A stretch of DNA of 64,000 nt, taken from NCBI GenBank assembly GCA_002633005.1, contig NMRA01000056.1:1085521-1149520 (forward strand), read 5' to 3'. Position 1 is the first letter of the stretch. The number at the start of each line of letters is the position of its first letter. The translations under genes and the position numbers were made by a program. The notes under the pieces are model-generated. The model was not told the origin of the DNA. It was given only the letters and a program-made list of their open reading frames with translations, and did no database searches. This DNA is from Phoronis australis. Taxonomy: Eukaryota > Animalia > Phoronida. This document shows positions 50,321-62,167 of this stretch, piece after piece.

Positions 50321-52509
50321 AACAACGAACGGTGTAAAAAGCCAACTTCAAAACCCAGAAATCACCATTAATTCTACTATTACAGGGAAAACGTTGAGGC
50401 AATTTTGCAATCATTATAGATGGTGAAAAGTTAGTTTTTGACGTTAGGTTGGTTTATTGCATCATTAAATGCCAATATCTTCTTAAGGTTAGCTTAGAAT
50501 TCACTGACTGATGGTACGCGTTTTCCGATTTAAACTANGTGTGACATTAACCTACATGATAACAAAAATGCAAATTCTTAGGTTCAGGCTTGCTCAGTTT
50601 TGTCACTTGTTACTTTTTATTAGTTTATTACATAAGATATGTTTAGATGCACAGGATGTCCCAAAAACGTCCTCGTACTTCAAGTGACAATAATTGCGTT
50701 GTTTGGTGACGTACTGGGAAAAGATTAGTGGTTTAAATTCATAAAAAGGTGATAAAAAGGAACTAAATCTTCGAATCAAAATAAACACATTTTTATTAAC
50801 TTTAAAAAAGCTGGATAATTGTCTTTGAACTTTGTTGATGTTTTTGTTTTTCAGTAGCATTAACTGTTCCGTGTTTGTTCTCCGGAACAGTCGTTTGGCA
50901 TCACCGTGCAAAAAAACACGCGACGACATGCACACCTACTTCCACTGCAAAGTGTACGATAACCATGCAGTGGCTCCGGGTACACGGTCTAATACTTCCA
51001 GTGCTGTAGTAAAGTGCAGGAACATTTTTGGGACCCCCTGTATTTGTCACAACATAGTCTGTGGCTTTATTTTCAGCTTTTGCTCTTTCTGAAGATTATT
51101 ATAGAGTCTGTTTTATTGTTGTTGTTGTGATATCCATTTAGGTCTATTTTCTTCACTGTCGCCTTCAGCAACAACCGAGTAAAACCAAAAGTATTGAAAG
51201 ACAATCTGTTGTATATTCAATGTTATATTTTATCTTTACAAATTGTATTCATATTAACTTTAGGTTAGAGAGTCTCAATCAGTTATGTGCAGCATATCTG
51301 TGTTATATTATCTTATATTCTATGTTTGTTTTAAAAAACACTTTTGTGACTATTTTGCCAAAAATGATCTGTTTGAGAACAAAATCTCCCACTGATGATA
51401 GCATTAGGGAGGACATTTAGATGTTCTCCGTTTTCCCCATTTTGTGTGGATGAAGGCTTGATGGAGACTCTGGTTTCATCAATCTTCTTGGAGCAAAACA
51501 CACGTGAAGGACCAGAATCAAGCATGCATTATGTATACAATAGGTATCTGTCACAATTATAGAATTTATGTTTACAACTTGCAGTATTATAACTTTTCAA
51601 CTTAGCCGGTTGTTGTTCATTTCATGGTGGAACCTGTATCGTATTTCAGTTGTTTTGTATCGTTTGTCTGTAGTGGCACAGTCCAAAATGTCATTGGTAG
51701 TTTGTTTTTTAAAACGGCCTTCAAAAGTCAACTTAAGCAGAATGTCTGGAAATACAAAAAGGTAACCTATTAGAGCTGACTGATACCCAATCGCACTTTT
51801 TCTTGGCAAGTCTACTCCTTAGTGCCAAGAGTAGTTTAACATGCCTTAAAGGTGTTGGTTGCAGTGCTCGTATGTTAGGCACTAATATTCTGCAATTGAG
51901 ATACCTGTGCGAGATCTGATTTTTGGATTGTGCCTCCTGGGATCCATCAGCTGTGACACCAATAGTTTGCACCTTAGTTTTGTGTGTGGTGCACCTCCAG
52001 AACACTAATTTTAGATGCGGTCATGTTTTCTGTTGTACCGTTTTTGTAAAGTACAGGTTTGGACTTTATGAACATATAACGCAAGATCAATATTGAAGAC
52101 TGTACAAAAGGTCCATGGTTTAGTATAAAACAGCTTGAAATATAAAACATGTAATGATCCAACCTCTTGTAATTTCATGTTTTGGTTGCAGTTCTTTCAT
52201 GTTTCACATTAATTGAAAAGTGTTTTGAACTAATGGTTCTGTTATTGACTTTTTCTGGTTTTAGTGGGCCATTTGGCAGCAGCGAGTCTAACGCTGTCAA
52301 ATGTTGGGTTATAGAAGTTCTAATGTGATGCTTTGTGATTGATCAAAGTTGATATTGATTCTCTTGAATTGTGAATGGTATCACTCTATTCCTGTTGTTA
52401 AAATATAGATGTTTTATAGTCTACTTTCGCGTGTCGTTTAGTTATAAACAAACATCGATGTTTTATGAGCTATTGGGCTGGCTGCCAGGTCTGGTGTCTA
52501 CAACAGCGA

Positions 52510-52930
52510 GACATGGTCTATACCATCTTGAAAAACCCTTGGAATTTACAACTTAGGCCTTGAAGTTCATGAACTAAATTTTGATCTTGAAAAGCTTCTG
52601 AATTTCAGCTTTTAGACGAAAATATTTAAGTGAATTGTATTGCTGCAAGAAACATTTTTAACAAAATACTTAATGACAGACGTTTTTCTTAATAGTAAAT
52701 AGTTTATGCATTAAAGTAATTTTAATAAACAACATAACAAAACTTGCCAATTTGATTACATCACTTTGTTCAGCTGCGAAAGGAGCTTGAGTTAATGTAC
52801 ACAAACATGCATATAGCCATAGGCTCAAGCACCGTATATTAACTAATTGGACTTGAATTTGTATTGAGTATGCCTTGAACTACTCTCAAAAGTCCTTAAA
52901 ATTTCTGTCAAAAGTTTCCATAAGAACCAA
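52510..52930. mobile_element. Degenerate non-autonomous DNA transposon with ccttgaa subterminal repeats
   Basis: Clusters of (c)cttgaa/aagtcctt motifs at both ends (52527-52605, 52852-52900). TIRs are decayed. Confidence 0.45.
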
Positions 52931-52934
52931 GTGA

Positions 52935-53095
52935 TAGTGGACTACTACCCCAAGATGGGTGACTTCCCAGCCATGACTGGTACTCATTCATGCAGCAGAG
53001 TGGTGACTGGCCTCACTCAAGGATACTACTGCGCAAGCCGGCACTTGAACCCACGACCTTTCATTTGCAGGTCCAGCGAAGAAAACATCACCAAC
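52935..53095 (-). mobile_element. tRNA-derived SINE
   Basis: Minus strand reads ggtcgtGGGTTCAAGTgcc (B box), then tccttgagtgaggc and aatgagtacc...gctggg, resembling conserved SINE central domains. Confidence 0.6.
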
Positions 53096-54549
53096 ATAAC
53101 TGACATAATTATTAAATTTTATTTTGCTTGCCCAACAGGTATTTTGCTTGCCCAACAGGTCTTATAAATTAATATCAGATTCATTCAACTTATCTTCATT
53201 TATAAAATTAGAACGACAATGATTACATAAGATATTTACAGACTACTTTTTGAAATATAAAACAGAAGCATAATTATGAGACATGGAATGTAATGATAAA
53301 ATAAAAATAAGAAATGCGAGATATTAATTTAGTACAAATATCTGATACGAAAACGTATACAAACTACGATACAGGAAATAGTTACATGCAATATCATGAG
53401 GTGCAGTGCTTTCCCATTCACAGAAAAAGGACATGTACTTCTAAACTTAAACAATCTTTTTCATAAAAATCCAAACACATTTCAAAAAGCTCACTAACAA
53501 ATACCTGCTACCCTTGGCTGACTCCCATTGAATGGGCACACAAAGGCATGATGTAAAATAAGGTTACTTAACGAGTACACAACTGGGGTAATTAGTAATT
53601 GATGAAGGCACGTACCACTGAGTCAAGCACACCCCTCCCCCGGACAATTCCACCTCCTTTCCTTCCACTCTTGGTATTAATGCGAACATTGCCATTATCT
53701 TAATATCAAAATCGTTAATTACTTTCAAATATTCACGATTGCCTGAACTGTTTTAATTCTGGTAGCTCCATCAATTCTCACACAACACCAGACTATAACC
53801 AACCTAACAACCACAGCTGCTAAGTTTCACTTTGATAGCAGCACAGCACACGGAACAATACTTTGATGGGCCTACAGTCTGAGGAAACATAGGCCTGGAG
53901 CAGACAGTGAAATATGAGATGAGCGGACTGCCTCAAGTGAACAATAGCTGAGCTTACAGCTCCAACCAAACCATGAAAATTCAACAATTGAAATCAATGA
54001 ACTAGTGGCTAATTCACACAAAGCGATAGTTTATATGAGGCAGAAAGCTCAGCTCGCAGATATCTGTCTGCACTGACCATTGGGAGGCTAATTTCAACTA
54101 CAGTCAAATCTTGTTACAAAATACCTGTTTCATAACGTTAGCATGCTTGTAACCTTCCACTTCACAAGTCTAATACTGTGTGCAACTAGATTTTTTTACA
54201 CCAAACTATGAATACAAAAAATGTTTTCCAAAACCCTGGGACGTTAGTTGTAACTTGGTTCAGCTGAATAAGTTTATATCAAAACATAGTTTTGGCCAAC
54301 ATAATAAACACTGGATCTCTAGTAAACGACAGTCTCTATATAGAGCATAAACACTGAAATTCACGAATCATGATATTCACACATTGTGAATATCACAAAT
54401 TCTGCATGAGGCTCAAACTACTAAGAAATCCACAGGGTTCTGTGAGGAGGTTGATGTTACATCCTGCTGTAGTGACAATAGAAACTGATCAGCCAATAAT
54501 CTCGTCTACTGCTTCGTAGCACAATCTGTAGTTCTCGTCTGAGGCCAGC

Positions 54550-54669
54550 TCAGATGGTGGTGGCCGTGATTCCTTTGCGCTCAATCAACATGGATACCGT
54601 CTGACCCGAGGCTTTGAGCGCGCCCACTGCTTGGTCGTGCACGATGTGTGTGAAGTCGATACCATTCAC
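54550..54669 (-). CDS. ERBIN: Erbin/Densin-like PDZ domain, last coding exon (VNGIDFTHIVHDQAVGALKASGQTVSMLIERKGITATTI*)
   Basis: Acceptor ttacag|GTG is phase 0. Encodes the second half of the PDZ with the class I His (HDQAV). TGA at 54552-54550. Confidence 0.93.
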   Translation of the reverse strand: MNGIDFTHIVHDQAVGALKASGQTVSMLIERKGITATTI

Positions 54670-55319
54670 CTGTAACAGCACACAGTTGGATATCAAGGCA
54701 TGATCTTGAGTAGTCCTTAGCACCCTCTCTGATTCTATCACATTTACCCACAATGCAGTGCATCAGCAGATGACTGCTGTGCTAACCACTAGTTTTCATT
54801 TTGGGAACCAGTTTGCTTCCCATTATTCAAATGATAAAGCTGGTTCTCAAAATGTGGGACCCCTGTATGTGACTGTTACAACTCTTTGCCTATTACCGAA
54901 AGATTAATTCGCCATTGTCATTCTGATGCCAACCAACTTTTGTTGTTGCGTAGAGAGTAGCAACTCACAACTTTGAATATGCAACACGGATCGCAAGTCT
55001 ACATTTGCTGCCAAAAACCAGAAGGAGGTTATGTAGACCTGATTCTGGCTAATCTGGCTGCTGTAAGAGTAGATCCAACACCCCTTATGTGACCATACAA
55101 TCATCAGAACACAGAAGAATGGTGGGATCTGTAGTTGAAAGGTTGTTAGACTCCTTGGTACTATAGATACAAAAAGTCTCACAACTTGATCTAAAAAAAT
55201 TGGCAGACTACATTACAGATGTCCTGGCAGATTTTGTGTACTTGAGAACTGACGGCATTCATGGATGAGGCACGTGGACAGACACAGACGAGACCTAATG
55301 AAAGATGTAACCTGCTCAC

Positions 55320-55487
55320 CTCGATAATTTTGTCACCAGGGCGCAGTGCACGCGATGCGGGTCCACCCTGCTGTACTTTAGTCACAAATATACCAAGGTC
55401 ATTATCACGGAATGGGTTACCCGGGGAGTTGACCCCGCCGGCGATGCTGAAGCCTAACCCTGGGGACTTCTGGATGACCACGGAGAG
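55320..55487 (-). CDS. ERBIN: Erbin/Densin-like PDZ domain, first exon
   Basis: LSVVIQKSPGLGFSIAGGVNSPGNPFRDNDLGIFVTKVQQGGPASRALRPGDKIIE closely matches the Erbin/Densin PDZ, including the family-typical GNPF loop. Acceptor gtcag|CTC, donor GAG|GTGAGC. Confidence 0.93.
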
Positions 55488-56151
55488 CTGACAAAGATGG
55501 GAAGAGACGTTCGTCAAAGACTTACAGTGATTCTGTTTATCTTCACAAAAATAACTACAAAGCACAGCTTGAATGATGTATGAGGCAACTGTGACGAATA
55601 TCTTTCATAAATTAATGTTGAGTAAGACCCTAGAACCCTAGAAAAATGTCCAAATCTGGCCAACTTCAGGAAATCATATCTTGGAAATGGATTATCAGAG
55701 CCATGTGAAACCTTCAGATACTATGTTTCATACACTTTCCTCCAAAATGCTGTTAGTAAATATTAAAATAAGTATCATAGCATCTCTTACACGAGCCTAA
55801 CCTTCCAGTTTTTACGTTAGTTGAAACTTCTACTTTCTATTAGAGACTACTTTCTACTAGCTGCATTGTTTATTAGGTTCTTTATAATTGTAGCAAGTTC
55901 AAACCCCGTCTTTCATTGAACGTGAGCTTCCATGAAAGCCCTTAAAACTCAAAACTCAACTTGGAAACTGACCAATCAGATGCATGGAATAATAGAAAGT
56001 TTACTTGAAATGGACCACATAATTGGTTAATTTTCGATTTGAAACTCAAGCAAAATTTGGCGACCTAGAACTCGCTGCTGGCATATAGTAGAAGCATTAC
56101 TGAACAGTTTAATGGCCAATAATCACATTTTTTAAAAATTTTCTTACATAC

Positions 56152-56366
56152 CAAGTTACTCTTGTTGACTATTGGAAGACTACCCATCATGTCCTGTTGG
56201 TCCATAGAACCATGGCCAGAGTCCAGGTTCCGAGAGGGCGTGGTCTCCCGTGACGTTGGTAAGCTAGGCGGATCCCTGTCAGGAGGCGGGACTATGGACA
56301 GGGGGGACGGACTGGTGAGAGGGGGCGGAGCTCTGTTGGGCGGCGGCATCATGCCAGGAGGGTAAC
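56152..56366 (-). CDS. ERBIN: Erbin/Densin-like exon (GYPPGMMPPP...LDSGHGSMDQQ...NKSNL)
   Basis: Acceptor tattcag|GT is phase 1; donor TTG|GTATGT is phase 0. Lies within ORF 56065-56529. Confidence 0.85.
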
Positions 56367-57534
56367 CTGAATAGACGGTAACGGACACAGGATGTGAATA
56401 AACAAACAGTGTCAAAAAGAGATTTTCAAACAATTCTCGCAGTGTTCGCCCAGGCTGCGTTTTTGCGTCATCTGACGTAACCAAGCTAAAGACACGCGTA
56501 TTGACTATGACAGATGCATCACCCTTCACGCATAATTTGATGATTTGAAAGAATTATGAATCATCTGTTTTGTTTCTTGATATCAGCGTAAAAATTCCAG
56601 CAGATTTGCATCACCTGTTCAATACTTATCATTCTGTGTGAATGAAATAATTTTTTACTGTTTTCTCGGACACCAAGACATTTAATTGAACCCTACGAAT
56701 TATGGAGGTAGCTTTACAGTGCCCGGTTGCATGAAACAGTCCAAAATAGGGATTCAACCGAGTTGCCTAAATCTACTGCGTATTTGTGAACTTGTGAAAG
56801 CACTGATTTTCCTTTCTTATGCTGTTTGAGCATCACTACTAAGCTAATTTTTGACTTTGATACAAATTGAGAGTGAACTCTATGTTGAATTCTCAATATC
56901 ATCGAAAATAAGAATGGATCTTTTCAGGCAATGCCCCTAATTTAATGACTAAGCCCCTAATTATTTTGACAGAATTAGGGCTCAGTTTTTAGAAAATATC
57001 ACTAGTCAAAGAAGACCTCATAATAAAGATAGAATGATAGAGAAAATAATACATCTGGAAGTAAACAACGCACCAAATACGCAAAAGATTTAGAGAACTT
57101 AGTCGAGTCTTGAGTTGGGACTGTTTCATGCAACCAGTCACATGACCCCACCTCAGCAAAGAAGAGCGATGAAGTTGGGAGAAGACGGTATGACAAAAAA
57201 TTAACCATGTAAATCAATCTCGTAAAATCATTGTGCAATAGTTAGTTTAATTTACTGCAGGAAAAAAGCAAAGATAGACATTAAAATCCAAAATATCTCG
57301 AAAATAACACATTGTGCCACAACAAAGCAAGCTAGTTTATATAGAAAACCCGATTTTTAAGAATGGACTGAATAACAAAATCACATTCAGTAGCAAGTGA
57401 ATTCACATTCACAAACACCATGTTACCAGTGACTTTTTTAAAACATTCTTTGTTATCATTATCAAGTGAACACGAGTAATGCAATTGGCTTAGAACTGAA
57501 CAAATCAACTGTAGTCACATGCCTTGATGAGGCC

Positions 57535-57643
57535 GGTAATGGTCTGATATAACGTGCCGAATTTTGAGAACCAGTTTTCTCCACTAAATAACGGGAATCA
57601 AACTGGTTTCCAAAATACGGGCACGTTATATCAGACTATTGCC
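57535..57643. mobile_element. 109-bp MITE with a 9-bp TSD (Mutator-like)
   Basis: TIRs ggtaatggtctgatataacgtgcc / ggcacgttatatcagactattgcc. Perfect TSD GATGAGGCC at 57526-57534 and 57644-57652. Confidence 0.88.
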
Positions 57644-57818
57644 GATGAGGCCAGCCCTCTTTTAAATATAACGCAATTACAATTTATAAAAAACAAAAAT
57701 TTAGAAATAACATGTATGCTGTAAGTTCACAAGAAACAATGAACCATTGAATTAAAAAGTTATAAATGATTTTTAGCAAGTCACAGCCAAATTTGACCTT
57801 TAACCTCACATCACTCAC

Positions 57819-59004
57819 CTGTTAACCTTTCGACCCTTTCATAAATATGATGTCCATGACCATATCCACTATCAGTTGAACTGGAAACCTGTGAATTTGG
57901 ATCATGACTTTTGTATTTAGCCACATCTTCAAACCGCTCCATGTCATAGGGGCCGTTCACTGGAGGGGGCTCATGAAACTGATGAGAGGGAGGAGCCGCA
58001 TGAAACTGAGGGGGCGGAGCCTCGTGAAACTGAGGGGGCGGAGCATCATGAAACTGAGGAGGTGGAACACTGAATGAGGACGAAGAAGTACTGAATATTG
58101 GAGGCGGCTCGTAAGCTAACCGTGATGGTGACGATGCCGGTTGTATCCCCGAGTTTGAGTTTGTTGATAATGCATCGATATGCTCATAATCTCTATTAGA
58201 TTGTCTCTGCGGGTTGAGTCCTTTTGTAAGAGAATAAGCTTGGAACGAAGTGTTGCGCGCCCCACTAATATCAGCTCTGCTTTGCAGTGCCCCATGCGCA
58301 GGGTGTTTGTTGAGATTTCCATCGGCGATCAACGTCGAATGTTCCATGTAGTTGCTCTGGTTGGTGCTTTCCGAGCCATAGGGTCGAGCGTCGTGCGGAC
58401 GGCCGTCGTATTTCTGGGCACCTCTACTCAGCAAGGGACTGCTGGTGGCGCCAGGTGCCAGTGACGTTGAATAGAGTGGGGTTTTCTCCACAGAGGACGA
58501 GTTGGCAGTGTCACCCCCAGGGGGATGCAGGAACAGTTGGAAAGTTCTCTCACTAGATGTCCTCGCAATGGGAACGCCACCGTCAGAGTTTTGATCCACA
58601 GTGCCATCTGCGGGGTTACCTCCCAACGGAATACTTGGCATTGACTTGTAGTGCTGAAACGGATGCTCAGGGGGGCTTAAAACACTTGAATCCTGCTGGC
58701 CATGTAAACGCTGTGGTTCCGGTCTGCGATACTGCGGAGGTGGGTGATAAGGCACCTTTGGAAGGTTCTCATCACGGGATTCATTTAGCGTTCCCACATC
58801 GCTCGAATTTCTCCTCTCCGACTGAGTGTCAGCGTTCACACGAGCCGTCGATGGGCCAAACTCGGCCAGTAGCGTGCGACCATAGTTCGGCGAGACCCCA
58901 GAGTCGGACATGACACCTCGCCTACGTGCCCTGTAGGCTGGAGGCGTACCATAAGGAGGCGCTCCCTGGTACGGTGGAAGTCCTTTTCTGGAACTGCTTC
59001 CATC
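57819..59004 (-). CDS. ERBIN: Erbin/Densin-like large linker exon (Pro/Ser-rich)
   Basis: Extends ORF 57811-58911 upstream in frame to acceptor ttttcag|GAT (phase 0). Donor G|GTGAGT is phase 1. Confidence 0.88.
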
Positions 59005-59339
59005 CTGAAAACAACACAGAAATTATGAAGTCACATCTATGAAATAAACAAAAGATGCTCAACATGTTGCACTAAGGTTCAAGCAGATGGCAAACTTTTG
59101 AGGCGACAACATTGACCTCTTTACAGATAGCGCGAGATGATATCTACACAAAAGGATTATGGGATGTCAAAACATAACTTTCATTTCAGTAACAAGCAGC
59201 CAAAAGTTCAATTCGTCATCAAAATAGTCTTAAAGATGTAGTAGCATCTGTGCAATATCTATACCAGCTTACAAAGCAAACCACCACCTAGCACCACCTA
59301 GTGATAGCGTCACCACGCAGTAATTCATTACTGCCCTAC

Positions 59340-59898
59340 CTGACTTTTCCGTGATCGTTCCTTCCGTCGCTGCTCTAACACGGCATACAGCTGGTTCTTC
59401 CAATTGGGCGTCATTTCCGAGTCCGACGCATCTTGCTTCCCGTCCCCGCCCTCGGGCGTGGCCGCAAGACTACTCATGGGTTGCGCATATAACTCGTCAT
59501 TGCGTATTGTCGTACGCCGGTTGTAAGGGCCACCACGTGGCGCAGCCGGTTGTGCCGGACTAGCACCGAGATGATGTGGGTGGCCAGCGACGCCGGAGCT
59601 TCGCGTGGACCGCGTATCGATGTCACTCCCGTACCCGGCATAGTTCCTCTCTGACTTCACACCATCGCGGTCACTGCTGTAACCATCTCTACGACGACCG
59701 TGAAAGTCGTAATCGCTGCGGTAACCGACCGATGCTGTGTCCGACTCATAGTCGTGGTGCCGGTGTCGGTGGCGTGGGTAGCCACCTCGGAGGTAGTTGC
59801 CGTGGTGGTGATGTCGTCGTTCGCCGCTGTACATGGCAAAGTCACTGGCAGCCACACTGGGCGCTTTGGGCGGTGGATTCTGCCAGTAGTTCACCGAC
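59340..59898 (-). CDS. ERBIN: Erbin/Densin-like exon (His/Arg/Tyr-rich linker)
   Basis: Overlaps ORF 59328-59894. Acceptor ttttcag|G is phase 2; donor CAG|GTAGGG is phase 0. GC-rich, coding-like composition. Confidence 0.85.
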
Positions 59899-60296
59899 CT
59901 GAAAACCAGAAAACAGAAGTCAAGCTATTTTGTTGTGTTAGTCCTGTAAGTCAAATACTCAGATATTGAAGAGCAATGTGTTTTAAACTTTAAGTTCTAT
60001 TTATCAGTCAAAATAAAAAAGCAATCCTTCACTACATCCTACTAATGTCATATACTATAATTCCACAGTCAAATAAATGTTAAAGCTGCAGTTCACTTTC
60101 CATGTTTATTCTGAACCGAACCATGTATGGGCTTAAAACGTTACCATGCTCATCAGATCTTGAATTATTACTGATTGAGCAGACAACTCAAGCCGCTGCC
60201 AATGCATACATCTGGGGAGGCAGTCACTTTTTCATGACTTAGAGGAACAGGTGAGACTCTGCTGTGACCCCGGTCACCTCATATCTCAGTGTTTAC

Positions 60297-60447
60297 CTGT
60301 TGGGGGACAACACATTTGGTGCGTTTTGCGCCCGTGTCAGGTCGCTGTCCGAGCGGTACACAGCGCCACCTGGCTTACGGTCACCACGAGCCTGCAGGAA
60401 GCCGCCATCGTCATCCTCAGCATTGGGCGACTTCACCTTGTCTTTAT
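60297..60447 (-). CDS. ERBIN: Erbin/Densin-like exon (DKDKVKSPNAEDDDGGFLQARGDRKPGGAVYRSDSDL...SPNR)
   Basis: Acceptor ttcttccag|AT (phase 1) and donor AG|GTAAAC (phase 2) match both neighbouring exons. Confidence 0.8.
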
Positions 60448-60493
60448 CTGGAAGAAAACGCAAGCTAGCGTTAATTCAGTGGTTAGAAGATAA

Positions 60494-60598
60494 GGCAATG
60501 TGGCTTAGTGAATGTCCACCTCATGTACTCAAAGTCGTGGGTTCAAATCCCACTATTAGACCCTTGAGTCAGGTCTCTAGCTTTTCAGCTCAGTCTTA
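60494..60598 (+). mobile_element. tRNA-derived SINE, same family as 11274-11390
   Basis: TGGCTTAGTG (A box), GGTTCAAATCC (B box), then tagacccttgagtcaggtctctagct...gctcagt. Confidence 0.7.
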
Positions 60599-61523
60599 AT
60601 ATATGTACATGCGTTATATGTATATCTTAATGAACCAAAAATTACGTCTCAGGTGTTCCGTTCAATGGGCCTGGCTGAGGGCCTGCGTGCGTCTGATGCA
60701 ACGTGTATCGGATCACGTGTTATTTTTATTTTGTCGATGCTAAAACAATGAAAGAATTTTATAATCTAAACTTTACATGAAATTCAAAATAGGCTACACC
60801 TTAATGGGATGTAGAGTTTCAATTCCAGGGATTTCACCAACAGCGAGGCTCTTGTTTTTCAAATGCATTGTGGGATGAATGTCAACTTGTAAACTTTTGG
60901 TGACATCACAGATAACTGACATGTAATCCGAGTTAATTATAAGTTGTGTTTTAGGAGGTGAAATTTCTTCTCACTGTGAACGGATAATGTGTGCCTTGAG
61001 AATTCTTTGCATTGATTTGCTAGTCTAAGCATGAATTCAACACGTTTTGAGGCTCACTTTCAGTTTTATTTGGGCAAGATGGTCGCATAGTCGTATTTGC
61101 ACCAAAAAGGATAATGTAGTGGACCAGTGCTTTCAATTCTGGTGCGCTCATGCCACAAGTGTTTTTCTCCAAGATGTTGTTTAAACTTCACCAGATTATC
61201 TGTGACGTCACCGAATGTTTACGAGCTAACAACTGCCCCACAATGCACTTGAAAAACGATGACAGCGTGGTAGACGATATTTCCGAGTTGCACCACGTAC
61301 TGGACCCCTTTACAGGAATTAATTCCAACTTTCAAATGGAAGAGTCATCTCATTTTTGACCATGGAGACAGTTTTTCCTCGTAGCTATGTAATTTCCAGT
61401 GCATAAAACGAGAGGACTCGAGAATTTCAGCACAAGGCAGGGGAAGACTCAAAAAATGTTTCCTTGGCAGCATCAGGGAGACTTAAATAAAAGCAACACT
61501 ACAAACACTATCACAAGCCAAAC

Positions 61524-61716
61524 CTTTCTTTTTGGTCTTGTCTGCAGTTGGTTTGTTCTCTTTGTTATCCGTTTTGAGAGTCTTGGGAGGTGAAGCGTCC
61601 CGCGTCTTTGTTTTCTGTTTAGGTGAGATAGGTTTCTCAGCTTTCACTTCAGGAGTCGGTTCCGGCGATACCGATTTCTGACGTTGTATTCGTTCTTTGT
61701 CTTTTAACAGCTTTTC
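61524..61716 (-). CDS. ERBIN: Erbin/Densin-like exon (EKLLKDKERIQRQKSVSPEPTPEVK...KTKKK)
   Basis: Acceptor aacag|GAA, donor G|GTTTGG, phase 0/1, open frame, Lys/Ser/Pro-rich linker. Confidence 0.78.
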
Positions 61717-62041
61717 CTGTTAACACAATCCGCAGTGATAAGTAAATTCAAAAACTTGAGAATGTTTAAATGATTTCAAAATTAATCTATCATTAATATA
61801 TTCATGGTCTTTCCAAAATCAGATAAGGCAACAAAATTATCTTTCCAGACAATTAAAAGGTCATCCTAAATTAAAGGCATATAGTGATGGACAACCTGAG
61901 ATGCGCAGCTAGTTTGACCATTATTCTTTGACGCATACATGTTTCAACAGCAAGAGTAGTTTTGTTTTCATTTTCTGACTACGCATATGAAAATGGATCT
62001 TCATTCCAACTGATGGGATTGAAATGTTTCATTAACATTAC

Positions 62042-62167
62042 CTTGTCAGCTTTGTACAGTTTATGCATCTCTTGCAGTGGTGACACCTTCTGGCCTGCTT
62101 CATCAAGATCATCGCGCGACCCAGACCGCGACCTTCGACCTCTACCCTTATCTCCTTCACCACTGCC
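62042..62167 (-). CDS. ERBIN: Erbin/Densin-like exon (GSGEGDKGRGRRSRSGSRDDLDEAGQKVSPLQEMHKLYKADK)
   Basis: Acceptor ttccag|GGC, donor AAG|GTAATG, 126 nt, phase 0/0, open frame. Confidence 0.8.

Noticed and set aside
54450-54552. Stop-codon readthrough of the Erbin-like gene
   Set aside because: The context is TGA-GCT, not the leaky TGA-C(TAG), and an extension would mask the C-terminal motif.
58116-60599. Alternative-frame and + strand ORFs overlapping Erbin-like exons
   Set aside because: Shadow ORFs expected from GC-rich coding sequence.
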